DNA of 64,000 bases from NCBI GenBank assembly GCA_964016885.1, contig OZ024747.1, forward strand, positions 68,882,001 to 68,946,000. The letters are read 5' to 3'. The DNA is from Eledone cirrhosa (taxonomy: Eukaryota). This document shows positions 14,972 through 29,920 of the stretch, in pieces (the stretch's first letter is position 1; every line of letters begins with the position of its first letter). A program made the translations under genes and the position numbers. The notes below the pieces were generated by a model. It had not been told where the DNA came from and ran no database searches. It saw nothing but the letters and a program-made list of their open reading frames with translations.

Positions 14972-15380
14972 TATATATACACATATGCGCAAACATACAT
15001 AGATACACACATAGGCACACTTATATAAGAATGAAAAATAAAAAAATAAATATTAATATTTATTTTTTATTCATCTGGTCGGCTGTATACTTATCAAGTC
15101 CCTTGGAAAATAATTTTTATTTATGTATATGAACGTCAAATTTATGTTAAGGGTGCCTATGTGTGTATCTATGTATGCTTGCGCATGTGTATATATGTGT
15201 GTGTGTATATATATATATGTGTGTATGTATATATTTTTACTCCCTAACCTTATGTCGTGCATCTGTGTATATATATATACATTTTTTTTCCGTTATTTTA
15301 TTTTATTTTATTATTTTATTAGTTTTTATTTTTTTAATAGCTTTTGTTTTTAATTCCATATCTCACATCCATATTAAATT

Positions 15381-15453
15381 TTCCTTTCTGAAGAACAACT
15401 TCGGACACCTCTGTTGAGGTCGCCTGTCTTCGTGAAACCTTTGGTAAATGGAA
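15381..15453 (+). ncRNA. Type I hammerhead ribozyme (right arm of inverted repeat)
   Basis: ttccttt CTGAAGA ..long stem II.. GAAA CC TTT GG TA aatggaa. Stem I ttcc-t-tt/aa-t-ggaa. Confidence 0.72.
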
Positions 15454-15539
15454 TGATTGTATTGTGTTGTTTATTATATAATTAAATAGCTCTGTACTAT
15501 ACAAAGGGCACTCTTCCTTTAGCTTTTCTACGGAAATGC

Positions 15540-15626
<87 letters not shown>

Positions 15627-15704
15627 CCCCTAACCTTATGTCCTGCATCAGATATATATATATCAGAAGAGGTGTAGTAACGAGCTAAAGATCAGAATTA
15701 TTAC

Positions 15705-15907
15705 GTTCGGATCTACCTGTCGAAACGACCGGAGCTCAGCCGTCGGGATCCTGAATCTTTTCATATATAGTCCAGAAATAGCCATCGAAACGGCTTGATC
15801 TCTGCCGTCGGGTTCTTGAACATTTTCCTATTACGCATTCTACTACCCTAAGTATTGAGTACTCTGGTGTGTTATGGTCCACCTGGTTCCTTACCACACT
15901 TCCTTCG

Positions 15908-15910
<3 letters not shown>
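15705..15910 (+). mobile_element. Two adjacent family A HHR elements (short piece plus full body)
   Basis: Two GAAA-stem III-TC half-ribozymes at about 15722 and 15787; body ends in (TA)n. Confidence 0.75.
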
Positions 15911-15961
<51 letters not shown>

Positions 15962-16461
15962 GTAACCCTTCTGTTGAGAACTCTATTCGATTTGTGATGT
16001 TTTTGCATTCTTGCAAAAATATACACAACTGAATTCATTCGCCTGATATAGGGGTTGCCTCCCTTGCCGATCCCCACGTGGGTCAGCAATAGTCAGTCCT
16101 TGTATTAACATTGAACTAAAACCTGTTGAGAAAGTGGCTTCCTTGTTCAATCATCTTACCAGAAGCCTGACATTATTTATGTAAGCGGACGGTACTTGAT
16201 TTAGGAACCGCAGAAACCCATATACTGGATTTTACCAACCTTCCAGGGGTCCGGGTAAATTTTCAATACCCGAATTACTTGATCGTTTTTTGTTTTTTTT
16301 TTGGCTATGCGAATGATTGTTTAACCATCGTCTCAGTGTGTTTGGCCTTTAACGTTTGTTATAGCTCTGGTTCATCTGAATCATTGAGCACTTGCCACAC
16401 ATCTCGGAGGTTGTTTTTCGTTATTTCGTGGGCCGAAATGCGAATCTCGATAATTTATGTT

Positions 16462-16500
<39 letters not shown>

Positions 16501-16502
<2 letters not shown>

Positions 16503-16695
16503 CGAGGGAAAAGTGGTAAGGAACCAGGTGGACCATAACGTACCAAAGTACTCAATACTTAGGGTAGTAGAGTGGGTAATAGGAGTAAGTAAGACCCCGA
16601 CGGCTGAGCTCAAGCCGTTTCGACGGCTAATTCTGTACTGGAATTAGCCGTCGAAACGGCTTGAGCTCAGCCGTCGGGGTCTTACTTACTCCTAT
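16501..16695 (-). mobile_element. Family A HHR element with fold-back palindrome
   Basis: (TA)n on both sides; palindrome 16579-16695 centred at about 16637. Confidence 0.85.
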
Positions 16696-16921
16696 ATATA
16701 TATATATATATATTATAAAGTATATATATCAGTATACCAGTTTAAAACTTGTTAGACCATTATGAACAGAGTACTCGATACTTGGGGTAGTTAAATATGG
16801 GTATATTATAAAGTGTCTGGACCAGACAGAGGTCCAACAACACATATATACACATAGGTATAAATTGTGCAAAACAAATATAACGTATATCATATATATA
16901 TGTGTGTGTGTGTGCGTGTGC

Positions 16922-17032
<111 letters not shown>

Positions 17033-17043
17033 TGTATATATAT

Positions 17044-17103
<60 letters not shown>

Positions 17104-17404
17104 TGTACGTATGTATGTATAAAGATATATTTACCAATGGGTGTATGTTATAGTTGAACAAAAAGAACAAATGTATATATATGTATCAATCAATTATAAT
17201 GTCATCGATCTGCTAACATCCCCAATAGTATTGCCCCAGGGTGGCCGTAGTCTAATGACAGACACCAGTAAAAGAATAAAAGAATAAAAAATACAATTGT
17301 ATTCTTACTCTCTCTTACACATACATATACCTACACATACATACACATACACACATATACACGCACACCACACACATATAATATATATATGTTGAACATA
17401 TATA

Positions 17405-17443
<39 letters not shown>

Positions 17444-17511
17444 CGTTATATATATTTCTGGGATATCATATTAAAAAATATGGTATGCCTTCCTCAGACA
17501 AAATACAATAC

Positions 17512-17785
<274 letters not shown>

Positions 17786-18135
17786 GAAATAGATTGACAT
17801 ATATATATATAAAATAAATACATGGAACAATCACAGGGAATAATCTGTAAAGAATGTAAGCACACATAGCTAGTTAGGTAACTAATTAAAGTTTAACTAG
17901 AACTTCAAATATAGATACCTTTTAAAATGATTAATCTCCTTTTTATATATTTCTTTAAGTATGAATGGCGCATGTCTCTCAGACATGACAACCCTTAATT
18001 TAATTTTGGCTATATATATATATATATATATATATACAGGGTGTCCCCAAAAGCGTATACACATTTCAATACCATTCTAATAAATATTGCCTGTACAGGT
18101 AATCAAAGTGTATACATGTTTTTGGGACACCCTCC

Positions 18136-18177
<42 letters not shown>

Positions 18178-18648
18178 TTATATTTATATCAAGGTAAGTG
18201 AATGAATCTGCACAATTAAATGTTAGTAATTTTTATATGTAATATCTAATTTTTTCATCAGGCTAAAATTTGATTAATGTCGGTGGATCTCGAACTGTCA
18301 TGGGCAAATTACGTCCAGTATGGCTTTCTATATATCACGCCTTATTTCAAAATTGCCTTGAATTTTTTAGTAGAGCGGCCCCTCATATGATGAGCCTCAG
18401 TCTCTGGGGGCTACAGCACGAAAAAGTTTGCCTCTCCCTCGTTCATTTTCCTGACATTTGTACATTATTCTATGTACTATACATGCACCTTTGATGAGTT
18501 GTAGTGCACCTGAGCATTGTACACAATAATTTAATTATTATTATTATTACAGTTGCATTTATCTTGCTTTATGTTCATACGAGTTATCACCAAGTCACAA
18601 CCAGTGACCTCAAGAGACAACAAGGTCCGCCATGTTCAAGAAAGAACA

Positions 18649-18685
<37 letters not shown>

Positions 18686-18687
<2 letters not shown>

Positions 18688-19048
18688 CGTTAGAGGGTCG
18701 GACGCCATGCTTTGCAGCAAAGAGTTACGGCCCTTTATGGTCTGAGTTCAAATCCCGCCGAGGTTAACTTTGCCTTTCATCCTTACGGGGTCGATAAAAT
18801 AAAGTACCAGTAATACACTGGATAATTGCTGGCCTTGTGCCAAAAGTAGAAACAATTATTATTATTATCGGTAGAGGGTCGGTCGCCATGCTTTGACCCA
18901 TAGAGTTACGGCCCTTTCCATTCTGAGTTCAAATCCCGTCGAGGTTAATTTTGCTTTTCATCCTTACGGGGTCGATAAAATAAAGTACCAGTAATACACT
19001 GGGTAATTGCTGGCCTTGTGCCAAAAGTAGAAACAATTATTATTATTA
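18686..19048 (+). mobile_element. Tandem pair of family E SINEs in (TTA)n
   Basis: Two units of about 180 bp separated by (att)n. Confidence 0.85.
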
Positions 19049-19691
19049 TGTTCTTAAACGCACGTAATTTTATTCAACATGGCTGCTATTTCCCTTGGTA
19101 TGTTTAAGGAGTATTTGGCTGCTATTTCTAGATGTCCAAAATACCATGAAGGTATTTCTCGTTGATTCTTAATTTTTGTTTTTATTACATCGATATCTAA
19201 TAGTTTACATACACTATCGAGTTACTTGCATAAATGTATGAATGAATGAATGAAATTATTGTACAGTGCTCACGTGTATTGTACAGTACAGTGCTCAGGT
19301 GCACTACAACTCATCAAAGGTGCATGTATAGTACATAGAATACTGTATGGGTGTGTATTTGTGCATGCGTGCGTATGTGTTTGTGTGTTTGTATGCACTT
19401 ATCTCTCTCTCTCTCCCTCTCTCCCCCCTCTCTCTCCCCCTCTTTCTCACACAATACCTACGTATACACATATTGCAACATTAAAGGAATATATCCTTCT
19501 GATAGAATCGCGAGCTATTTATAATGTTATTTATGTATATTATTAAAACAGTTATGTTATTCTACTGTAAATTTATTTATATGCTTTGTATATATCATGT
19601 GTTCATATTTTCTCTCCCATTTGTAACGTTATTTTATATATAATATATATTCATTTATTATGGTTAAGTGACGAGCCTTGTTACTCTATAT

Positions 19692-19890
19692 CAGTGGTTG
19701 TCAGCCTTTTTTTGCCAACGGCACACCTTGGAACACATGAAAAAATAGCGACACACCTGGCTAAATATATATGAAAAATATTTGAATTTTACAAAATAAA
19801 AACATGGCGAAAATAAAATTTCGCGGCACACTTAGGAAGATCTCGCGGCACAGCAGTGTGCCGCGGCGGCACACTGGTTGAGAATCACTG
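19692..19890. mobile_element. hAT/Charlie-like MITE
   Basis: cagtggttgtcagcc..ggttgagaatcactg termini; decayed 8-bp TSD ctctatat/ctccagag. Confidence 0.75.
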
Positions 19891-20093
19891 CTCCAGAGTT
19901 TCACCTGTTCACGCGAAGGATCCTGTGAGTGTACAGGTAAAACTCCAGTGTAATACTCACCACTTAGCCACAATAAATGAATATTTAAACTCTACTTCGT
20001 TATTGAGTACTCATTCTCAAGTCTGCCAATAATACACGGATATATATATATCATTATAAATATCATCATTTGCATGGAGTGGACGCACGGGCG

Positions 20094-21530
<1,437 letters not shown>

Positions 21531-21971
21531 CCAAATATATATATATATCTACACCCAAATATATATGTCTGTGTGAGTATGCGGTTGGGGTGGGGTGTGA
21601 GGTGAATAACAACATGGCTTGGGAGTACATCAATGGCTATAGAAGGCTGCAACATTCGTCTGAAAATCTGTCAGGTTTCATTTTTGAATGGAATACACTT
21701 AAAGTAGGCGTCATACAGGGCTTAATAATATAGATACTGTTATTGCAGTTACATTGTACTTTGCTGTTGTTGTGGGTGGAAATGTGAGGGAGTGGGTAGG
21801 ATAGTGTGGAGGTGGAGGTGGTGGTAGTGGTGGTGGTGGGGGATAAGCATGGCTGTAAATATAGGCAACTGAAAGCAAACAGCATATGTATCAGTATGTA
21901 AGTCTCCATCTATCTATCACATGCTATTATTTTAATTCTCTTATCTTTTCTTTTTTGCTTCAACCCATTTG

Positions 21972-22024
<53 letters not shown>

Positions 22025-22025
<1 letters not shown>

Positions 22026-22648
22026 CGCACGCATTCATACACTGCCCGGGCGTCACTGACCTGTGGGGATATGTAGAACGACTATTGTCGCGGGTGGGAC
22101 CAATCCAGTTGACCACCGAGTCCATTGTCATGATCAAACCGCCACCCTCCTTCAAAAACGAAGGAGAGGCGGTTTTCCTTTGTGTGATAGCTATGGCGAA
22201 AGAGGTTGTATGGTGGACAAGGTTGAAAGGGCTGAGGTCAGACACCTTTCTCTCCGGCCAACAACTGATTCTTTTTTTCAAATACCACTTTGGAAGAAGA
22301 ATCAGGATGGAGAGAAAGGTGCTGTACCCCAGCAAGTTTTATGAAAGGTGGGTGAAAGTGGCGAGAATGGCCCGAGTGAATGGGCCTTCTCTCTATATCA
22401 GCCTGTAGATTGAGGAAAAGGAGGAGGAGAGGAAAGGAGTACAAGCTCTTCGTACTCCTGGAGATGAGGGTTGCACATTTTTTTCGGGGGTATGTGTTAC
22501 CCATATAAACTCTCTCCCTCTATTGGGGAAAATCGACTAACTTTTAAATTCCATCTGTGATAACATTTTACACGTTTTTATTGTATGTAAACTTCCCCCT
22601 TTGTATTTGTCCCCTTCTTTTGTGCCCCTGTGGCTAATAAAGAAATAT
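22025..22648 (+). mobile_element. Tx1/L1-like LINE 3' fragment in (TCTA)n
   Basis: HAFIHCP (end of a CCHC-type knuckle), then AKEVVWWTR..FYERW C-terminus, stop at 22408, aataaa, then (tcta)n. Confidence 0.7.
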
Positions 22649-22675
22649 ATCTATCTATCTATCTATCTATCTATC

Positions 22676-23048
22676 TTCGCTTTTTTCAAATATCATTTTG
22701 GAAGAAGAATCAGGATGGAGAGAGAGGTGCTCTACCCCAGCAAATTTTATAAAAGGTGGGTGAATGTGACAAAGATGGCCCGAGTGGTTGGGCCTTCTCT
22801 CTATATAAGCCTGTAGGTTGAGGAAAAAGAGGAAGAGAGGAAGGGAGTACTCACTCTTGGTGCTCCTGGAGATGAGGGTCGTACATTTTTTCGGGGTGTG
22901 TACAACCCCCGTGTAACACCGCCCCCCTATTGGGGATTTCAATTGTTATTTGTTATTGTATTAATAGTTTTATTTTCATATACCTGTATGTAAACTCCCC
23001 ATTTGTATTTGTCCCCTTCTTTCGTGCCCTTGTGGCTAATAAAGAAAT

Positions 23049-23050
<2 letters not shown>
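22676..23050 (+). mobile_element. Second, shorter Tx1/L1-like 3' fragment in (TCTA)n
   Basis: FFKYHFGRRIRMEREVLYPSKFYKRW..LYISL, paralogous to the preceding copy with many synonymous differences. Confidence 0.7.
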
Positions 23051-23103
<53 letters not shown>

Positions 23104-23104
23104 A

Positions 23105-23194
23105 AAAGTGCATCAAACTTATCTTACCAATGAGAATAGTGAAGTATTACATTATAACCTCATATATTGTTCTTTCTCTCTCTCTCTCTCTTTC

Positions 23195-23259
<65 letters not shown>

Positions 23260-23352
23260 TATATATAGAGAGAGAGAGAGAGAAAGAACACTATATGAGG
23301 TTATAATGTAATACTTCACTATTCTCATTGGTAAGATAAGTTAATGCACTTT
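23105..23352. repeat. Inverted duplication around (TC)n(TA)n(GA)n
   Basis: About 70-bp unique arms aaagtgcat..gttcttt / aaagaac..atgcacttt. Confidence 0.85.
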
Positions 23353-25258
23353 ATATATATATATTCATATCCGTGTATTCCCTTTCGTTGCTCAATAATC
23401 CTTGCTCTTTTCCTTCTTTTCCTTTCATAGTCTTTTACAACGCTACTTTCTTTTTCTTTGTTTGACTAAATAGTAAATTCTCCATTATTTTATGTAATAT
23501 TACCTTTATACTTATATATCTGTTTATATATATATATATATATTTGTACCCCTCCCTCTCTCTCTCTATATAGAGGGTGTCCCCCCCAAATGTATACACA
23601 CGCTGATTACCTGTACCGGCAATATTTATTAGAATGCTGTTGAAATGTGTATACATTTTTGGGGGACATAAATAAAAGAGTTTAGACATACATACACCAA
23701 CCTACACAGACACTGTGTAAAATAGATAACGATACATAAATAAATAGATAGACAGGTAGAGAGATAGAGAAAAACTAATAGAGAGAAGCACAGTGGAGAG
23801 ACAATTCTTGCATTATTAGACACAAACACATAATACACCCCCCACACACAAACCCACCCATGTGTGTATATATATATATATATATAGTTAGACACAAACA
23901 CACACACACACATACAAACCCTCCCCATGTGTGTGTATATATATATATAGTTAGACACATAAATGCATATATATATATATATATATATACACGTGTATAT
24001 ATATATATATATATATATACACCCATATGTATAAATAATATATGTATGTATAGTGTTTTACAAGCACAGTGATATGAAAGAAAGTTATAGAAAGTTAAAA
24101 GGAAACAACACATAAACACGTGTGTATGCTCAATACACACACACACACACACATATATTGCCAGAGAGAGAGAGAGAGAGAGAGAGAGCATTCTTTACTC
24201 TTTTACTGGTTCCAGGCGACTGCAGACAACCTCAGTCAGTCTTCATTTAATCAATCATATATTTTCAAATCTGTTACATATTTCATTTTAGTGATCTCTT
24301 TTTTTTTTATTTGTTGAGCCACTAAGTTACTGGACATAAAGACAGACACGTCCACATGTACTTGCATACACACACACATATACATACACAGATATACATA
24401 TACACACACACACACACACATAGTTAACTTATGAGGCCTCAAACATTTGAAAAATTCATTGTACAACATTTTTGGTAGGAAGATGCCCGCCCCCCTCCTG
24501 GACAACAGGGCCCTTTGCTTAAGCCCACCTAAGCACAATTGTAAATGTGACACTGCACACATGTGTATGTATATATATACCATTATCATCATCAACTTCG
24601 TATAACATCCGCTTTCCCAGTTAGTAAGGGTTGGTTGAGTTGTCATTGACCAAGTCAAAATATAATCTGAGCCACTGTTTTTTTCAGATGGGCTAGGACC
24701 TCATCTTAAATACATGTTTGCACTCTACAGATTGTGGTGCACATATTATCATGGTGCAATAACTAGAGAGGTCATCATGTCCTTGGCACAACTGAAGATT
24801 TCTATCTTCTCTTTGGCAAGTTTTCTATGGCTGGATGGGATGCCCTTGCTGTTACCAACCAACTTTCAGTGTACACTCAGTGCATGTTAACATGTCACCA
24901 CATTAACGATGTTGTTGTGCCCTTGACACAACTAAGGAGATCCCTCAACTCTTTTTGGCATAGTTTCTACATCTGGGTGTCCTTCCTATCACCAATCACC
25001 TTACAGTGTGTACTGGGTGCATTTCATAGGAAGGTTGTTGACCCTTGATTAAACTGAAGAGCTCTCCTTACTGCGGAGGTAGAGATAAGTCAACCTGAGG
25101 TTTTAATAGCAAGTTTGAAGCCAGAATAACATATATACATCCAGTGTTGTGGAGTCGTATTGGTGTCATTAATTTTTGGCCCATGCTATTTTTGCTTTGT
25201 ATATATATTTATATGTATATGCACACATTGTACATATAAATATATACATATATACTTA

Positions 25259-25296
<38 letters not shown>

Positions 25297-25337
25297 CATG
25301 AGAGAGATAAATAGATATAGATAAACACACACATAAT

Positions 25338-25545
25338 CATCATCATCATCATCATCAGGTTTAGCGTCCGTGTTCCACGCTTGCATGGGTTTGGACGGGG
25401 GTTTTCCCACTTGAGGCAAGAGTGGTTGTCTTGCTCGCATAGGACTGTCTGGCGGGTTTTCTACAGTTGGATGCCTTTCCTAACACCAACCACATTTACA
25501 GTGTGGGGCTGGGAGGTTTTTACCGTGTTGCCTACATGGCCACAT
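25338..25545 (-). mobile_element. SINE-like element with RTE-type 3' tail
   Basis: (cat)n gtttagcgtcc..tccacgcttgcatggg, then gttttctacagttggatgcc..taacaccaaccac. Relatives at 36878-37020, 43690-43775, 54600-54790, 24820-25020, 38120-38260 and 52760-53050. Confidence 0.65.
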
Positions 25546-25734
25546 TTACAGCGTGGACTGTGTGTTTTTTGTCGTGACACCTACACGATCTCATTTGTTT
25601 CGGCCTGGATGTTGTGGGACCAACATAACTTTACATTGAAAGGGGCGGTGTGGATGGGGTGGAGGTGGTGGGACGGGGGTGTGTTTTGATAGAGATGCCT
25701 ACTGACTATATATATGCATATAATATACCTATAT

Positions 25735-25778
<44 letters not shown>

Positions 25779-25822
25779 TATATATATACACATATATAAA
25801 TATATATACTTATATTTATACA

Positions 25823-25934
<112 letters not shown>

Positions 25935-26277
25935 AATATACACATATATAAATATATATATACATATATATATACATACACATGCACATGTATATATATA
26001 CTAAATGCGCAATGTTGATTGAATAATGATTTTCATTTTTATCATAGTGTAAAGCCACCAATTTTGGTGTAAGGGAAAAGTTGATTAAATTGACTTCAGT
26101 GGGATTTGAACTCAGATCTAAAGTTTTCTAAACTGTGGAGCTTTTATTCAACACTCTAATTACTCTTGCAATCAACTGCACATATGTTGAGTTAATAATA
26201 ACAACAATAAACAAAACTGAGATTTTACTCTGTTGTTTAACCAACTTAGTATTAACACTTACCATAACTTGGTGTAA

Positions 26278-26462
26278 TAATTGTTTCTACTATTGGCACA
26301 AGGCCAGCAATTACCCAGTTCATTACTGGTACTTTATTTTATCGACCCCGTAAGGATGAAAGCAAAGTTTACCTCGGTGGGATTTGAACTCAGAATGGCA
26401 AGGGTCGTAACTCTATGCATCAAAGCCTGGCGTCCAACCCTCTACCGATATTGCCAATCCAC
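26278..26462 (-). mobile_element. tRNA-derived SINE (family E)
   Basis: Same body; apparent target-site duplication acttggtgtaataa at both ends. Confidence 0.85.
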
Positions 26463-26520
26463 TTGGTGTAATAATGTCATAGGTTCATATTTTCAAATTC
26501 CTGTCTATATGTATACATAT

Positions 26521-26561
<41 letters not shown>

Positions 26562-26673
26562 TTTATGTCCACTTTTCCCTGCTTGCAAGGCTGGGACGGG
26601 AACTGATTCTGGCTTGATTTATATATATATATTCATTATAAGACCAAATTAAAGTTTAAGCAAAGAATCGCTA

Positions 26674-26735
<62 letters not shown>

Positions 26736-27412
26736 CACTGTTTTACGTCCGTTCTTCCACGCTAGCATGGGTTAGACGAGTTGTCCTGTTGTTGCCAGTG
26801 TTCAGTTGGCTGACCATATCTTGCTCATACGGGAACTGATATATATATATATATTTATTTATACATATATATATGTTTATTTATTTATTTATCTATATAT
26901 ACATGCATATTTACATAGAAATATTTATATACACACACATATATATAAATATATATGTATATATATATTCATTAGTTATGAAAAACAAGACCACTAATTT
27001 CACAAGGAAGACATTATTTAAATATTGTCAACATAGTTGTAGTTTAATTAAGGAATGTAAAGAATAATAACAATAATACTAATAATGTCCGTTTACAATT
27101 GTTTCGCTACTCCATATAATGTTTCCATCTCTCTCTTTAAGATTGGTTTACTCTTGAACTATGTATATATATATATGTATGTAGATATATATATATATAC
27201 AGAAATATGCATATATATATATATATACTGAGCCACCACTTCTGGTAGTTATCATACTGGGCTAGCTCTGCTCTGTGTCACCTATTCTACCAAATATAAT
27301 AATTTCAGCTTAGTTTACTTTTTATTTTGACAACACAAAAAATTTACTGCGAGTGCATTTTCCACTACACTGTCCACACTCTATCACACCAAATCATCCA
27401 GTTCTTTAGATA

Positions 27413-27513
27413 CAGGGTGTCCCCAAAAAATGTACACACACTTTCATTACCTGTACAGGCAATATTTATTACAATGCTGTTGAAGTATGTATACATTTTT
27501 GGGGGACATCCTG
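27413..27513. mobile_element. Tc1/mariner-type MITE (about 100 bp)
   Basis: TIRs cagggtgtcccc..aatgta and TA flanks. Other copies at 6991-7067, 14003-14080, 18037-18133, 23573-23669, 47504-47603 and 47862-47963. Confidence 0.85.
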
Positions 27514-28126
27514 TATATATATATATAGTAATGTTGTTTAGTGGTTTGTTTATTAATCACAGTCAATCTTTATATGTGTATTTAATCATATCAATTTGTA
27601 TGGAAATGTGATCTTCTAAGTTTCAGTAATGTACCCTATATGGGTGCCTAGCTGGCTTTCAGGATAGTACATACAATGAAGCACAAACCCTTTAACTTTC
27701 CCAGTTAAAATACAAGTTAGCTTTGTGGACACTATGGCAAGTATCTTACCCACCATGGGGTTATTATTGATGCAATGTTTTATAGTTGGGTTCCCTTTCT
27801 GGTGCCAACCATTTTACTTGCTTCTTATGAGATGTAGGGATATGTAGAACTCATACTAAACTATATATATATATATGTGTATCTGCATATATGCATGTCT
27901 GTATGTATATATAAGTGTATGTATGTATATCTATAATATATATGTACACACATATATATATATATATGTTTATAAATATGTATATATATATGTAGAGGTT
28001 ATATTTAATTTGTTGGGATACAACAAGCAAAATATTTTTATAACTGATATAAAGCACTCAACAAATTATTGGAGTAAATATACAATATATTAACAAATGG
28101 AAACTATATTTATAAAACGATATTTA

Positions 28127-28188
28127 TTTCATTATACATATTTCAAGGGCCACCAAGGTAAACTATGGTGCACTTTCATCAGATAAAA
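28127..28188 (-). ncRNA. Type I hammerhead ribozyme (family C)
   Basis: Minus strand: ttttat CTGATGA aag..cacca..tggtg..ctt GAAA TATGTA TA atgaaa. Stem III self-complementary with G-U pairs. Confidence 0.72.
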
Positions 28189-28193
28189 TATAA

Positions 28194-28330
28194 TATAGGT
28201 TAGTTTTATAAATAAATATTGACATACCCTGAAAAAATGCAACCATTCTGGTTGGAATCCAGGAGATTCCAACCAGAATGGTTGCATTTTTTCAGGGTAT
28301 GTCAATATTTATTTATAAAACTAACCTATA
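28194..28330. repeat. Perfect palindrome (about 66-bp arms, 5-nt spacer)
   Basis: tataggttagtttt..ggaatc cagga gattcc..aaaactaacctata. Sequence-related to 17512-17645. Confidence 0.9.
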
Positions 28331-28385
28331 TATATATATATGTTTATATATATATATACATGTTTATATATATATATATATACAT

Positions 28386-28431
<46 letters not shown>

Positions 28432-28591
28432 ATATGTTATATATATATATATATATGTGTGTATGTATGTTTATGAAATTAACATTAAGATAAATGTCAT
28501 ATAATTGTATTTACTGGATAATACGCATGTCAGGAACACCTGCATAGAGCTGTTATGCAATCATTATAACAGCAACTTGCACTGGTGTGAC

Positions 28592-28678
<87 letters not shown>

Positions 28679-28699
28679 AAAGAGGACATGTGCTAGTAA

Positions 28700-29000
28700 G
28701 TTATTAGCATGATGTAATATAGGAGAGGGTTATTGCCAATGTCTTGTGTTGACTTATCATTGTCAACTATTACATGAGCAAAGGAGACACTTTACATTGA
28801 AGGTACTATAAACCCAGCAAACTGATGGGCTATGATATTTAAATCAGTTGAGGTTTGTTCCTTGATGGGGTTCAGCTTATATATTCTTCCCAGGGAGACA
28901 ACTACACTGGAAGAATCATAGTAGAGAGCCAACTACTATAGCTAGAATTCATTGACCTGGAGAAGAGCTTTGATAGGGTCCCACACTTTGTAGTCTGATG
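28700..29000 (+). pseudogene. Decayed RTE-like LINE reverse transcriptase fragment
   Basis: FIDLEKSFDRVP at 28948-28983. Confidence 0.65.
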
Positions 29001-29439
29001 ATCAGCTACCTGCAAGTGTGAGCCCAGTGAGGTGGAGTGGCTGTTCCAGGAGAATCTCTTCTCTATCCTGTCTGCCCTGGCTACGAGGCAGACTGACCCT
29101 TAAGTTTCATTTATAGTGGTGGCATGTCAAATATATTTACTTAACCCTTTCATGACCACATTTCTACTGAAATACAATCTATTTTAATTAATTAAGAATT
29201 TCGAGGGATTTACTAAAATTATTAACTATTAGTAAGATAGTAACTTAATGCAAGGTTCTTATATAAAATTATGTTGGAAGATTTTAATTTAAATTGGAAA
29301 CCTTTAAAATGGGTGACTTTATTTCATAGAACCAGAGCCAGGTTTGGCTGGGTTGGTAACTAACTGGGTTGCAACACAAGGAAGAAAAATATAGATGAAG
29401 TAGTAGTAGTAGTAGGATGAGGAAGGAAATGAATGGCCT

Positions 29440-29920
29440 GTTCACTAAGTAAACTATACATTGATGGATGGTTTGTGAGAGCTGTGGTAGCAATACAATG
29501 TGTGATGATTGGAAGGAAAAGGGACAAACTTGCCCCATTGGATGTGTATGTTAGTGTTAGTGTGCATCAATAACAAAGCAGAAATGAACTGAGAAATAGC
29601 AAACTGGGTAAAAGAGGAATTAGAGGTAACATGTAAGAGGAAGACTGAGCTGGTACAGACATGTAATGCATATAAAGAATGGCAGCTGGATAAAGAAGTA
29701 CCAAGTGTTTCGAGTGGAAGAAGTACCAAGTGTTTCAGAAGAAGAAGATCGAGGAAGACATGAGAAGAAGTGATGATCTCTGATCTCTGGAAGCTGACCC
29801 TTATGAAGCAGAATACAAAGGGTTGCAACAGGTGGTGAGATACCGTACTGGAGAAGAAGACATGTTCAATCCATGCAAACACAGAAAAACAAACTTATGA
29901 TGATGATGATCATGATGAAG
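29440..29920 (+). mobile_element. Decayed RTE-like LINE 3' end
   Basis: RRRSRKT (GRPRKTW-like) motif at about 29740, then an RTE-type tail and (tga)n. Confidence 0.5.

Noticed and set aside
15960-16462. Possible Tx1/L1 endonuclease remnant on the minus strand (KIYPDP..GRLV)
   Set aside because: Only a short frameshifted motif; needs tblastx to support.
18740-18760. tRNA gene candidates (gagttcaaatcc B-boxes)
   Set aside because: They are SINE heads with no complete cloverleaf.
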